The position numbers and the translations under genes are program-made. Positions 39,590 through 55,218 of a DNA stretch of 64,000 nt are shown piece after piece (position 1 is the first letter of the stretch; each line of letters opens with the position of its first letter). This DNA comes from Eledone cirrhosa (lineage: Eukaryota), in NCBI GenBank assembly GCA_964016885.1, contig OZ024743.1:30132001-30196000 (forward strand). The letters run 5' to 3'. The notes beneath the pieces were generated by a model. The model was not told the origin of the DNA and did not search any database. It saw nothing but the letters and a program-made list of their open reading frames with translations.

Positions 39590-39593
<4 letters not shown>
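39397..39593 (-). mobile_element. Mini foldback of the PLE-4-family pLTR end (3' half of the HHR only)
   Basis: 39397-39533 = revcomp of ~722-858; 39535-39593 is a direct copy of 721-779; flanked by TA. Confidence 0.82.
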
Positions 39594-39646
<53 letters not shown>

Positions 39647-40211
39647 TCGTTGGAATAATCTAAGAAACAGTATACTGATATTTAATGTATTCCATATTTT
39701 CGATCCTGTTTTCATTGTAAGATATTTATTCGTCAGCACCGAAATATTTATCTAATTAATTTGTTTGTAAATTTTCGTTTGTCGCCTCGTGAATTATACT
39801 GGATTAAAATCAATTAAGAAATAATATCTTGAGTAAACGAGTGCTTTATTTGTCCAAATCATTAGAGGTTATTTCTAATAAAGGAGAACATATGTTATAT
39901 TTATGTACAGAGTCGTAAAATATTAGCGTATTTAATCTACACAAACATAGTTGAGTTTGCAGTGTTATATATTTATATGTGTTGTGTGTTATCTGAACAA
40001 ACAGAAGCTCCAAATAAATACATACAATTAGGTACAGGACACAGAATTATGCAAAGTAAGATACAACCATTCGTTCGCATAACTGTAGAATAGATGCCAG
40101 GAGTGATAGTTATTTTAGTTTCATGTCAAATATTTCGTAATTGCCAAGTACATCACAGACATTTTATGATATATCGAAATTAAATGATTCAATAATTGTA
40201 CTACACACACC

Positions 40212-40269
<58 letters not shown>

Positions 40270-40435
40270 TACACTCACATATTCAATTTATATATATATA
40301 TATATATATACAAATATACATAGAGAGAGAGAGAGAAAGATGGGCAGAGAGAGAAAGAGCGAGAGAAAGAATGAGGCAGAGAGAGAGAGAGAGAGAGAGA
40401 TAGAGGTAGAGAGAGGTAGAGAGAGAGAGAGAGAG

Positions 40436-40483
<48 letters not shown>

Positions 40484-40639
40484 TGAGAGAGAGTAGGTGA
40501 GGTGTGGGATATATATCACGTTATGACTTATATCGTGACAACTATAATATAATTCACGATATTGACGATATATTAACACATTAAAACTGTAAAACTGTCA
40601 TATTGTGTTTCTATATTGACAAAAATACACGCAAGCCTG

Positions 40640-40752
<113 letters not shown>

Positions 40753-41661
40753 TCTGTATACATCTATATATATACAATATAGATATATTCTGTATATATC
40801 TATATTTTATTCTTAATTTGCTTTTCTGAACTACATATTTTGAACTGCTAATATACCATCATTAGCCAACCTTCATCAAGATATTCGCGTTCTTCAAAGT
40901 AGCATCTCATAATATTTTTCATAATCCCTGTAGGCTTGTTAAACGTATCGACTTCAGACTTCAATTCATTCTTTTGAGCTCGCTAATTCAATTTCATTGC
41001 AAATACATATCCAATAATATTTGTTGTGTTAACTTATCGGCAGTACTAAGCAGTAAATATTTCATAGGATGCTTTCATTGGCTTATAGAATATTATCAAC
41101 TATAATTTTGATTGTATGTACTGTCCTTTCACCTAGATCTTTAATATTTCATATATTGGTATTATTTACTGAGTTCTTTAATTGATTTATCTATTGTTAA
41201 TTATTTGATTGCCTTGGGTGGTTTAATTTCTTTATATATACTTTCTGTAATATATACGATCAGCGTCGATCTTTCTTTATATATTGTTGTTATTCAGCTC
41301 TAGTTACCTTCGAAAACATCATCATTCGGTATATATTTAAATATAGTACACAGAATGATGTAACATTCACCTATCTTATATGTCGAGGGGATGTAATGCG
41401 GCGATTGTGTAGGTCGAACGTCCATCCAAAAGCATCATCAACGAGGCTATTATTTTATTGGAATAACATTTAGTTGATTAAGGCAGTTGACAATTCTCAC
41501 TTGCAATATTTTCATATGTTGACGTTCGAGAGATAGAACCAAATGCCTTTAACATTCAAATTATGAGAGAAATAAACAGATATCCAGTGACAATATTTTC
41601 GAAGATCCGAAATTTGCGAGAATTTGCATTTATAAATAATCCATTCAACACACAGATACTC

Positions 41662-41724
<63 letters not shown>

Positions 41725-42292
41725 GATATGTCTATGTAGAGTACAAATACGAGAGTCTCGCTATGAAGTTTTTAGTAAGCTGTGATGAAGTCACTATTAT
41801 ATCAGTAGCGGTGACAATGCCATATATGGATTTCTGGGTGTTTATCCATTATGGGTGACGTTAGCTTATTTGCTACTGAGAGACAAAATAGTTTAAAACC
41901 ACTATGGTATTTGCCTATGAAACAACGGCTGCATATAGTGCCGACATAACTGGTGAAATGGTGGTAATTAGAAAAGGTTCTAACATAGCATTGTCCGGCG
42001 TAGGTGTGTATATGAAAGCATATATGTTTATGTATAATACTCATGGTAGAGTCTTGCTATGAATTTTTCTATTACCACTGATTATGTCACAGCTATCATC
42101 AAAACTATATTGTGACATGATCTCAGCTCATAAAAACGTCATAGCGAGTATCTTGTATATTTATTATAAATAAACATCTCGTATATGATTCATATACTCC
42201 TTTTGTGCGTTCTACGCTATGTTAGTGCCACACACACACACAACCACCCACACGCACGCACACCCATACACATACTCACACAAAACACACAC

Positions 42293-42336
<44 letters not shown>

Positions 42337-43134
42337 ATGTTGAACGTATATTCTAAAGAGTTAATCATGTGGGCCTTTTTGAAACTATATATATAAACAC
42401 AAAGTTAAGAATGTGTGACACCAAGAAAAATAGGCGAACACATTTCTGTGGACATAGGTTGTACCACAACAACGATAAACACAAACAGTTCGAAGACTAA
42501 GTTGGACTCTAGCTTTTCGCTTAATAGTATTCGACGTATTCTAGTCTTGGAGACAATAAGGCATTCTAATGTAGTAGTAATTTCGTCTGTTGCACCATGT
42601 GAATTTTCCCAAAAGATGAAGATCAAATTGGCCGAACGTTTGGCGGATAAATTCAGGCTAAGGACAAAGAGATTTTCAGTCTCATACATACTCAACAGTG
42701 ACTGGAACCGCCAATTTGTTGTATGGCGGACGCGATGTTTTAATCTTACCAAAGTAAATCTGTAAACGTCATGCAAAAGGTGTACACAACATTTGATTAA
42801 TTCACGAGAAAATGTAGGGTTTGAACTAAGAAAAAAATATTTTCGTTTTGGAAAACAACGATACTGTAGATAACCATACATATGAATTGCTGGATAACAT
42901 ATACATGAAGACAAAGAAATATTCTTAGGTATTGGGCAGCATCATGGTGCATTAGTAGCAGGTAGTTCTAATTCATTTTACCGTCACCATTGTTAGTTTA
43001 CCCGAGTATCCAAGAAAGATTTGTAATTATGGGCACACACACACATACACATACACGCATGCACACAAATAAACAGACCTTTTGACTAACAAAACCCGCC
43101 TCCCTCCACATTTATATATAGAGAGGGATATATA

Positions 43135-43192
<58 letters not shown>

Positions 43193-44030
43193 GGGGAGGT
43201 GTGTGCGTGCGTGCGTGTGTGTGTATGTTTGTGTGTTTGTGTGAGTTTGTGTGTGTGCATGTTTCTATGTATTGTGTACTTATTCGTATTTATATACATA
43301 CATAAAGAAACTCACGCTATGCTTCATTTCTTAAATGTTATATATACAAACACTATTTTCTCCGATAACACATAAACTCCTGAACTGTGTATGTACATAA
43401 AGCAGGAAACAAAGGATTGCATCATTCATGTAAGCATAGCTTTTATCCCAAGACACAGCATAAATATACCAAATATACGCTGAAAGAATACAAAACAAGT
43501 TGCTGAGCAATTACACAATACTATAATGATGAAAAGAACAGCACATCAAGTGTTTCTGATGTGGTGATTATATCGATATTTTACTGTATTTCAACGCGAT
43601 GCTATCGAACGTATGTGTGGTGTATCGTGAAAGAATCCCATCTTAAACCAATGGTTCCTTCATGGTGTTAGTATTCAATAGTTTAATGCAAATGCATCGG
43701 GGACTATTGTGGTCTCTTTCATATATATAATATCATTATTTTCACATCTGAACAATGCATCTATCAATTCAAATGAATAGACATATATCGATACAACATT
43801 TGTATCACTATGAACATAGAGGTATAGGTGTGTGTGTATGTGTATTGTGTTGAACCTCCTTTGGTTTCGACGACATGATTTTCACATATACCAGCGAAAC
43901 TTCCAGCTCCGTGTCTGTAAGAATGCACCACCAACATTTGAACATAAGACGTTACAACTGTAAACACAACACACACATGCAGGGACTCACACATACACAC
44001 TCACATACACATACACACACACACACACAC

Positions 44031-44078
<48 letters not shown>

Positions 44079-47000
44079 AATATATGAGGGGGTGTTTGCG
44101 TATATATATATATGTATATTTATCAATATGCGTATGTCTCTCTCTGTGTATCAGTTTTAGTCAATCATATCGACCACAGTATCTTTGTGTTTATGTCTAG
44201 TAATATATATTTTTGTTATTAACCTCTTTTCATTGAATCACACAGTTTCGTGTTATACGTAAACATTCTACTGATACGCACAAGTTACACTTATATACAT
44301 ACATATTTATTTTTGATGTCCCCCGGGGATGTTTTTATCTGTTAATCTTACAATGATCAATCAATATTTGAGCGACAACTGAGGTATACGTAAGTTTTAT
44401 TATTTTAGGTGTTATATATGTGATGCTCGATTGTGAAGTTTTATTTAATTGATTCGTCTATATGAACACTTGTTTAATATATGGAGATGAAATTAGGTTG
44501 TCAAACGTATAGAGATTAAGGCAGATATGCCAATTCTATACAGAGGAAATGGAACGGATATATGAATATCTCATAGTTTAATCTATATATCTGAAGGGAA
44601 AATTTATTCCAAACGCTATATGATGAGTATAGCCCATAATTGGGAAACGGATTTCATGTACCAAGCCGTATAGACATGTCTAATGACTATATAGCCGCCC
44701 TCGGCATGCATGTGACTATGGAGATTTCATGTATTAGTCCATAACCATGGTATTTATGTTCCTACAGAGGACTTAATGTAGGCCATAAACACCAAGAGAG
44801 CAAATCAAAATTAATGAAGTTTGTGGTGGAGTTTTAGTGCCTCCATCACATTTGAGGAAAAACCAAGAGAGATAGTTTGCTAGGAAAATAAAAGTGAATA
44901 ATCTAGAAGAGATGGCATAAAATCTAGAGCGTTTGCATAGAGTAAGGTAACCACCCGAAAGCTTAAAACGTTCACAGAATCAAACACTGATAATTGTGCA
45001 ATACGAGAGGAATGGTGTTAAAATAGTAATTATTTATTATAATCAAAATCGCTTAAATAATTTATCTTCAAATGATAGGTAGGACATCGGGAGACACGAC
45101 GTTGTTTCTTCAAATATCTTGTGTTTATCAGAAAAATAGGTGAAACTTGTGTTTGAGTAGTTTCCTAATAAGGATCTGTTATGGTAAATTAATGTGATAT
45201 ATACTCACTCATGGTTATATCTAATATGGAGTCTATATCTAATCCAATAAATAATCATAAAAATCAACTGGTACTTGGATATGTTTTGCTTATGTGTAAT
45301 AGTGTATATCTAACGCATATTGTAACAATATTAAGCCCTCCAATATCTTCCGTAATTTGTAGAAATGATACACTGTCGTACTGTTTTTCTGTCTATCAAT
45401 GACAAAAGCATTTCTAAAAAAATAACCAAACGTTAACTATACGGCGCTAGTAAAATGTATGTATAGCTTGTTATAATTGTTAAGAAAATGGGGAATAAAC
45501 TATTCAGATGACACATTATCGTTCAGAACTGTCACGCCAGCTATTCGACATTGCATGACATCAATGGAAATAAATACTGCTTCCGTTCTTCTAAATAAAG
45601 AAATCCGGATTAGCAAAGTCGATGTTATACTAATAAATTAGAAAAAGATAAATATATAAATAAAGAGCTACACGATTTGACAGCAATGTTCGTTAAATCA
45701 AACATTTGGTGTTCTCTCTTTCATTGATTTCATTTTTATTTAATATACACCAGATAGAAAAATCATTGAAATAATTCTCTTGCAAATATAGCGTTATAGA
45801 TAATTAGGCTAACAGCTGTTAATGTTTTCTTATCACATTTCTTTCCTAGAAACGTCTGTAACAATTCGGAAAATAAATCAATATTAGGCATGTATGCAAA
45901 GACACCATGCAACTTTCGTTCATGAGAAACAAAATCACTTGTGTAAATTTCCTTCCCGATTTTCAATTAGACACATCTAACTGGTGGTACCTATGATATA
46001 TCCATTTGCTCAATTATATTCCTAAACTTATCGCGAACACTTCAACCATGTAGTAGTTTTCGATGAATTTGTTTAGAAAGATAAGTGTTTGGAATGATGT
46101 CATTGGTTTTATTTAGACATTTCTTATATATTGATTCATGCTAGTCAAGATAGTATTTCGCATTTTTTATACTTTGTATTATGTATTATAATAAAGTGTC
46201 AAATCATTTCAATCCATTCCACATAGTTATATTAGGTTAGTAATCAGGGCGTACATGTATGAAGAAATATTTTGACGAGTCGTCGTGTAAAATAACATCA
46301 GCACTAAGTGTATTTTCCTCTCAATTCGAAAGGACGACGTTGTATGAGAGTTTATTTCTTTTAAAGGAAAGAAATATACATACGAAGACTGGATAAAGGA
46401 AGCGATGAAGGTATATAAAAACCCTGATATAAATGTTGTAAACCCATAGATAGGATAGAAGTTAATACTAAAGTAATTCGAGTTATTTTAGAAACGAAAG
46501 GCGAAATACATTTGGTCTAATTTTATATTAGTTTAACCACCTCAAACGACATCCATGTTGCTTCGTGTATAGTCAAAGCTGAAATGATTTAAGTCATCGT
46601 ATGTATCGAAAAACAAAGACGTCCATCAACGGTTTGCTTCTATATGCATTTGGTTGTTCTTGCTTCTATCTGATCCCCAGTTCCTTCTCATATATTTCAT
46701 GGATATCAAGCGTGGGTAAAAGAACTCGAGGAAATCCATTAAAAGACAATATTCTTGCTTCGTGGTAATGATTAGCAATTTAATACGTTTTATAAAACCA
46801 GTGTATTTATTATTTCCAGTATTATGTGTACTAATTTGATCTGGTAGAATCTTCTGAGCATAATTAAAGAATTAAAAGGACCTAAAAATTCGCTGTAAAT
46901 CTGTATTTGTTTCTAACACCAGATAATGCAAACGAACGCCGTGAATCGCAGCATTATTCTTAACAATGAAACACTGAATTGTGTTTATTTCAAATAGAAA

Positions 47001-48856
47001 TTATTTGAAACTTTAATTAAATTCTTTACGCTGTTTGGAAATAATTCAAATCGAAGTCACATTGAAATAATGAATTTCTTAAATTATTGTCCCAAAGGTT
47101 TATAGCACTTGAATATATTTCACCAGGTATCACACTCTATTTAAAGATATGTGACATTAACTAAAACGCGTTTTTTTTTGTCTCCTACATAGGACGTTAA
47201 CGGAGTTTATCAAGTGTGTGTAAAAATCCGTAATTAATTTTCAGTTGACAATATATTACAATCCATACTCGCCTATGATATATGCGTATATTTGAGTTTT
47301 CTTACCATTAAAAACGCACTGCAACAATCACTTGTTTGAGAAGCCATAAACGTTTACGTTCGATGATTGCGATTGTTATCATGGAAGTCTGGTTAAGGCG
47401 AGGTCAGAATATCTTGGTGAGAAAAATAAGTTCAAACCTTTTGTACCTGAGACGAATTACAATGGAAATATAAAGAAATTATCCAGGTGATTTGTAAAGT
47501 TTGGTAAACGGGATTCATCCCTCACTAGTGTACACCTGGATGTTTCCAGTCGTGGAAACAAGAAAGTTGAAATTAAATTATATGTATATGAGCAGGAAGT
47601 TTGTTGTCATGTTTTGTTTATTTCTCCCTCAATATATCATATTACGAGCGTGATGAATTCTAAGGTAGTCACTGTTTCACACTCTCACAATTAGGTAGTA
47701 CTCTAATGGTATAAATGTTGGGCTTTTTGGAGAATAGTTGTTGTGGCATTATACATTTGTGAAAATCAAACAATTAATGTATTGAAACAGTTTGACGAAC
47801 TATGCCACACAGAGGACCTTTCTAAACCTATATTTAACTGCAAGTAACTTACGTTCTTTTAGTTGTGAACATTCCATCTGTTGCAAAAGTGAGTGCAATT
47901 ATAGGAGATTATTCTATTTGCCACAAGAATAGTTTTTCTTGGTGGGTTATGTATGAAGGATATGGAAAACATCTGAAATTGTATCAAACTGAAATAATGT
48001 AAAACAATAATCGTTAAAACTAGTGTTATTCTGTGCTGTGTCAATTACCTCCGAAGAAGGAGTTAGTTAGAAACATAACTTAACTCATATATATATATAG
48101 AGAGAGAGAGATTAGAAAACGAAAAATCAGTGATGCATCTGAACTCAATTTATTGTGTGTTATAATTGTTTCGCCGGCGGACAGCGCGAGACGCGATCAT
48201 TGTGTGGGTCTGTCTAATTCTGGACCGCAGGTTCGACAGACACGTCTAATGATTTCGGAGCATATTCTCTCACTGGGGCATCTGACCCTCTGGACAAGTA
48301 CCGTCAAAAACTTCATTCCCTTCGCGCATCCTGTGATTGGCCGCTGGTTTTCGAGGTCATCATAATTCTGACCACAAGTACCAGTCCGCTGACCAACAGG
48401 ACGTTAGCTGTCCCATGTCTGCTAGACTTGAATAAATTACTGATGTGTTTGGTTCTTCACATATCCACGCGCGCGCGCACACACACACACACACACAAGC
48501 ATAAAGATAATGACAGTCGTACGCATAGACGCCCGCTATACACACACATTTAAGGAGAACATATAAACATATAAACATACGCATACATGCATCCAGAGAG
48601 GCACGTACACACACAGACACATGCCGACACGCCTATATACACCAACATACACACACACATACATGCGCATACACATGCACACGCGGGTATATACACGTAC
48701 ACACACACACATACAAACATATACATAGACCCCACCCACCCATGCACGCATAAAAAATATATATACATGAAAGGAATATACACACAAAGCCATATACAAA
48801 TACATAATGGGTCATACATGAAAGGACGCATCTGGTTTTAAATATATACAAATATA

Positions 48857-48996
<140 letters not shown>

Positions 48997-49202
48997 TGTT
49001 ATACTTTGGGAGGGTCAAGTTGCCAATAGGAAACACACGCACCAGTGTTCCACTTCAATTTATTATAATACATTTTTCAACACACGTTTTCAGATAAAGA
49101 ATCTTGCTAAACAAATTCAGAAACGAAATATATATATATATATATATATATAAAATAAAAGAAATAAAATAAATAAATAAAATATATATATATATATATA
49201 TA

Positions 49203-49741
49203 TAAAATAAAATAAAATAAATAAGTCAAATGTTTAAAATTTCGCTTCGTTTATTACTGCTATATATATTTCGGTGAGAGCCATCTTTGGCCGTGACCTC
49301 TTCAGACAGTCCAAATTAATGTGGTAGAGACGAGTACACATGTTGTTGAGGTGAATAACTTTGTCAATACTCTGATATGTCCAGTTCCTGGTTGGGTTGT
49401 TATTTCTCTGAGGAACATATGATTCCAGTTCCTCAGTGAAATAACAACACAACCAGGAACTGGGCATATCAGAGTATTGACAAAGTTATACACCTCAACA
49501 ACATGTGTACTCGTCTCTACCACACCAATTCGGACTGTCTGAAGAGGTCACAGCCAAAGATGGCTGTCACCGAAATATATATAGCAGTAATATACGAAGC
49601 CAAATTTTAAACATTTGACTTATTTATTTTATTTTATTTTAATTTACATTACTCTGGAGTAACCAAACCAACCTACGCACTTCGTCGAGGTCTCCAATCT
49701 GCATACTGAGGTTTTTGGTATACAACGAACATATACTCAAA

Positions 49742-49746
<5 letters not shown>
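49203..49746 (+). mobile_element. Foldback mini-PLE: 214-bp arms, 11-nt loop, ~105-bp tail, HHR in each arm
   Basis: 49203-49416 approximately revcomp of 49428-49641; flanked by TA. Confidence 0.88.
49534..49588 (+). ncRNA. Type-I HHR (inverted copy at 49256-49310)
   Basis: actgt CTGAAGA ggtcacagcca aaga tggctgtcacc GAAAT atat ATA gcagt; related to the PLE-5 HHR. Confidence 0.85.
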
Positions 49747-49787
<41 letters not shown>

Positions 49788-49999
49788 TTCCATATATATA
49801 TATATATATATAATGATGATTTCAGACGTTCATCAGGAAGAAACAATTGTCAGCAATTTGATTGTTTTATAATTTGTATCTCAGCTCTGTAATACATTAC
49901 TGGTATTTGGATAGTGCTTAGTACTACCGTCCATATTTATAATTATATATAAACCATATATAAGTATAAATATTATTATTATTACATATATACATATAT

Positions 50000-50030
<31 letters not shown>

Positions 50031-50470
50031 CATAAGGTGAATGGAATTTTCGGAAGATCTGTTTACATCAGGATGAAACCTAACACTAACCCTTCCCTAA
50101 ACATGAACTACAGTTACAATTTACTATAACAACTGTGGGTCATGGTTGAATTTGAAATCAAAAGGGACAGAGAGCAAGAAAAAATAGCTTAACGCATGCC
50201 GTCCATTGTTTTAATAATTCATCCAATCACTTACTTTAGATTGGTAGTATATTTAGCTGTTTCTAATTTTGGCACACAAGCATACTCACTGTTTTATATA
50301 TATCTAAATATATACATGCATACATACATGCATTCATACATACATGATGGCTGACCCCTCGTTATCGAGTATGGCCATTGCACAAGAAAAAAACAAAAAA
50401 AAAAATTATAAAATGAAAAAAAAAAAATGATAATAATAATAAATAAAAAAAAAGAAGAAAAGAAAAAAAG

Positions 50471-50515
<45 letters not shown>

Positions 50516-50579
50516 CATATATACATACACACATACATACACATGCACTCACACATATATACACACATACATTAATAAC

Positions 50580-50613
<34 letters not shown>

Positions 50614-50706
50614 GCAATAATAATAATAACGACAGCAACAATAATAATATACATATTCATATATATATACACACACACGCACATAAGCATATCTACACAC
50701 ACACAC

Positions 50707-50804
<98 letters not shown>

Positions 50805-50810
50805 TAGCAA

Positions 50811-53800
50811 CTAACAGTGCTGCGATCGAATGTGGCTCTTTAGCCCAGCCAATGATCTAAAATGTCTTGCACAGAGTCGGCAACCAAAACATTCACTGGG
50901 AATAGTCGGCTGTGGTTGGAGTTCGTGTACTTTTGCATGTCGCTTGAGCCCTCCTGCTGATTTACATTCTCTACCACATGTTTGGCAAGCATGATGAGTA
51001 GCATCTCCAACAGCAGCCTGGTAGTCAACCACTGGTCTTACTTTATGACTGCGAAGATGACTTTCGAGTCCAGCTTTGCTTAGGCAGAGTCTCGCACAGA
51101 CGCAGCATGTCAGAACCATAGGAGGACCCTCGCCGTCTGGAAGTGCAACAGCAATGCCCTTCCTCACGTCCCGATTTACTTTCTCGTGTGCGATTCGAGA
51201 TGCCTCAAAGGCAACTTTTCCCTCATATACAGTCTTTCTCCATTTATTACGATCAGCAGCAATATTTTCCCATGTATCAGCAGAGATGTTAGCGTCTTTC
51301 AGAGAGGCTTTCAAGGAATCCTTATACCTCTTTTTGGGTTTATGTGGCGGTCGTTTTCCTTTAACCAACTCTCCATAGAAGAGTTGTTTTGGTATTCTAG
51401 AATCCTTCATCCTGGCAAGGTGACCACTCCAACGGAGTCGTTGCTTAAGCACAAGAGATTCTATACTGTCACACATAGAGCTTTCCAAAGTCTCAACATC
51501 ACTGATGTGGTCCCTCCAGTGAACGCCATGGATCCGTCTGAGACACATCTGATGGAAACGCTCCAATTGCTTAAGGTGGCGTCGATATGTGACCCAGGTC
51601 TCGCAGGCATAAAGAAGACAAGAGAGTACACATGCCCTGTACACCTTTACCTTTGTCCTCCTGCATATGTCTCGCCGACCCCAGAGTCGCCTTTCTAGCT
51701 TTCCGAAAGCATCACTTGCTTTCCTAATCCTAAGTGAGATTTCACTGTCAAGGTTGCCGTAACGATTGACAGTGCTTCCCAGGTAGACAAACTGATCAAC
51801 CACTCCAAATCGTTTGCCATACACATAGATGTTTGGTTCAGTGTACTGCTTACTAGGGGCAGGTTGGTACATGACGACGGTTTTCTTGAGACTGACAGTC
51901 AAACCCAGGGCAGTGCAAGCGTCAGAAAATACATTCAAAATGTGCTGCATATCACTCTCTGTGTGCGCTACAAGATCGCAATCATCTGCATACAAGAGGT
52001 CTCTTATGACTGATGTAAATACTTTTGACTTCGCAGCAAAGCGCCTGATGTTAAATATGCTGCCCGAGGTTCGATATCGGATGTAAACACCATGCTCGCA
52101 ATTCCTGAATGCAATACAGAAAACCATTGCAAAGTATATGGCAAACAGGGTCAGTGCTGGAATATCCCCCTGTTTCACTCCATTTTTTTACTGAGATAGG
52201 CTCCGACATGTTACCTCCGACATTAACCCAAGCCTTCATGTCGTCATGGAAAGACCTAACTAAAGCAAGGAACTTATCAGGGCAACCAAGTTTCTAGAGA
52301 ACCTTCCATAATACATCTCTGTTGACAGTATCGAAAGCCTTTGTCAGATCGACAAAAACCTGATACAGATCCAAGCCCTGTTCAATGCACTTCTCCTGGA
52401 GCTGTCTAGCTGAGAAGATCATATCAGTAGTGCCGCGTCCAGCACGAAAACCAGATTGACTTTCAGGAAGGACACAATCTTCAATGTGTGTCAGCAGACG
52501 GTCCAGAAGCACCCTACATAGAACTTTCCCTACGACAGAAAGCAATGATATACCTCTGTAGTTCCCACAATCATTCCTGTTACCCTTTCCCTTGTACAAG
52601 ACCACCATTACTGCTTCTCTCCAGTCCTCAGGCACGGATTCATTAGCCCATATCCTTCCAAACAGAGAGTGAAGATGTTGCAGGAGTCTCTCACCACCAT
52701 ATTGTAGGAGCTCAGCATGTATGCCATCCATACCTGGAGATCTTCCACTGTTCAGCTTCGAAATAGCCACTGCAACCTCCACAAGCGTCGGAGGTTCTGC
52801 GAGAGCTACTTTCACAGGACTTTCCGGAATGAGATTGAGGAAATCTTCACTGACGACAGACGGCTGATTCAAAAGATCATCAAAGTGCTCTCGCCACCTT
52901 CGTAGAATTCCCTGTGAGTCACGAAGAAGTTCTTTGCGATCCTTGCTGCGAATCGGTGTCACCAGAGAAGAAGACGGTCCATAAACCTCACGCAAGAGAC
53001 TGTACAACAGCTTTGTGTTATTGCAATCAGACGCAGTTTGTATCTCACCAGCCTTCTCACTCCACCACTGATCCTTCATCTGAGAAAGACTCCGCCTAAC
53101 ACGTGATTTTACATCCCTGAGCTCCTCATGCAACGTATTCCTCTCCTGTGGTTTTGCCGTCAAGTAGCGTGACAGAGCTCGCCTCTTATCAGCCAACAAG
53201 TCTTCTATATGTACATCATTCTCATTAAACCAGTCCTGATGTTTTCTCTACACCAATCCCAGAACACGTCTTCCTACATCATAAACCGACTTTTTAAGGG
53301 TCGGCCAATCCTCACCAAGATCTGCAGCCTGCATCTCTTCTTCCAATGTCCTCTTCACATTTTTATCCTTAAGACGAGCAGCATTCAATCTTTTGGGCAG
53401 GGTAACACCAGGAGCCCGGATTTTACGTTTGGTGATTAGATTCACTTTTGCGCGTACCAGGCGGTGGTCCGTCCAGCACTCAGCTCCACGAAGAACACGA
53501 ACACACTGCACATCCTGTCTGTCACGCATCCTGACTGGGACGTAGTCCAAAATATGCCATTCCTTAGATGCAGGATGCATCCATGTGGTCTTGAATTTGT
53601 TCTTTTGTTGGAACATGGTGTTGGTAACACACAGATCCAGCTCCTCACACATCTGCAGCAAGAGCATACCATTGCTGTTACACTTTCCCACCCCATGCCT
53701 TCCGATTACATTCCATGTGTTAAAATCCCTACCCACTCTAGCATTAAAGTCACCAAGCACGATGACTTTGTCTGCCTGAGGGATATTACTTAGAACACCT

Positions 53801-54230
53801 TTCAAGGCATGGTAAAAGGACAGTTTTTCTTCATCGACAGAATTCATAGTTGGAGCATACACACTCACCAGGGTAGCATATCTTCCCTTGTCCAGCGGAA
53901 CTCTCATGGACATAAGACGCTCACTAATCCCTACTGGGAATTCTTCTAATTTATTCACCAGTGCAGTCTTAACAGCAAATCCTACCCCAGCCTCTCTTCT
54001 GGTTCCTTCATCTCTTCCTTTCCAGAAGAATGTATATTCTCCACAAAATTCCGTAAGATGACCATCTCCAGCTAACCTGGTCTCAGATAAAGCCACGATG
54101 TCAAGATCGTAACGTCGAAGCTCCTTTGCAACAAGAGCGGTCCTTCGTTCAGGACGCTCCAAAGAATCCCTGTCAAGCAGCGTCCGTACGTTCCAGCAGC
54201 CAAGACTAAATGCCCTGTTTGGCTCTATTA
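50811..54230 (-). mobile_element. RTE (BovB-like) LINE, disrupted ORF: APE endonuclease + RT + three C2H2 fingers; (GT)n tail
   Basis: LGCWNVRTL, ALSETR, GVGFAV, SVYAPT, LGDFNARVG, TDHRLV, NYRGISLL, QSGFR, FVDLTKAFD, KQG, LYADD, YLGS, LRWSGH; stops at 53248 and 52294, frameshift near 52185. Confidence 0.92.
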
Positions 54231-54424
54231 CAATGGCACGATGACGGGCGGGCCCAGGTTGTGATAACTTGGGGCTCCTGCCCTTATTGCCAATGATCTT
54301 TTTTGTTCCAGAACCCAAATTGGCAATTATCTCGTTTACATTGTTCTGGAACATCATTGAAATTGAAAAAAAAAAGTAATAATAATAGTAATAATAATAA
54401 TAATAATAATAATAGTACACTATT

Positions 54425-54720
54425 AATAATTATTAATGCACTCGTGCAATGCCTGTGCGTGACGAATATTTTTAAAGTGAGGAAAGACTGTGCACTGAGC
54501 CAATCCCACTCTCTGAGCGACAGTAGCTATAACCCGAAAAGAAGAAAAGATCAACATCATCGGTAACTACTGAGCCGCAGGTTTTATATCGGAGTTAACC
54601 CAGTTTCCTGAGATGCCTTCTCCTAGAAGAATACCCTGACAAGGGCTAGGGGTTCTTCACTCCCAGTGGTTTAACTGCGCGATCGGGCATCCAGCTCGAT
54701 TATTTCTATGTCCCCGCGCG
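54425..54720 (-). mobile_element. RTE-type 5' UTR segment
   Basis: Similar to 33885-34075; upstream of and co-oriented with the RTE ORF, separated from it by a (TAA)n tract. Confidence 0.5.
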
Positions 54721-54853
54721 CAAAAAAAAAAAAAAAAATCACTTATTGACACTTATACGTACGACATACATACACACGCATACATATGCGCGCACACAGC
54801 AACACTCATACATACAACAAACACACACACACGCTACTCTACTCACTTACACG

Positions 54854-54884
<31 letters not shown>

Positions 54885-55184
54885 TACCGTCATTACTGAT
54901 ACAAGATTACAAGATTATGTCAACCGTTGACTTTCAAGAGTTTGTATAGTTGACGCCGATCGTATTACAGTCCAGTATTACTATAATTGCTTTACAGCAT
55001 AGAGTTATGGCTCTCCACGGAGTCAACAAAAGAGAGTACCAGTGATGCGCTGGGCCAGTCGCTGGATCCGTGCCAAAAGCAGAAAAATTATTATTAAAGT
55101 TGTTCTTAAGGCCAGGTCATGGTGATGGTGATGGCGGCGGCGGTGGCGGTGGTGGTGGTGGTGGCAGTTGATGTTGTTGTTGTG

Positions 55185-55218
<34 letters not shown>

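Noticed and set aside
42405-42914. 169-aa and 116-aa ORFs in unique sequence as host exons
   Set aside because: Non-ATG starts, no recognisable domain, no splice support visible
49812-50075. Minus-strand CTGATGA/CTGATGT...GAAA motifs
   Set aside because: Stems I and II do not pair convincingly
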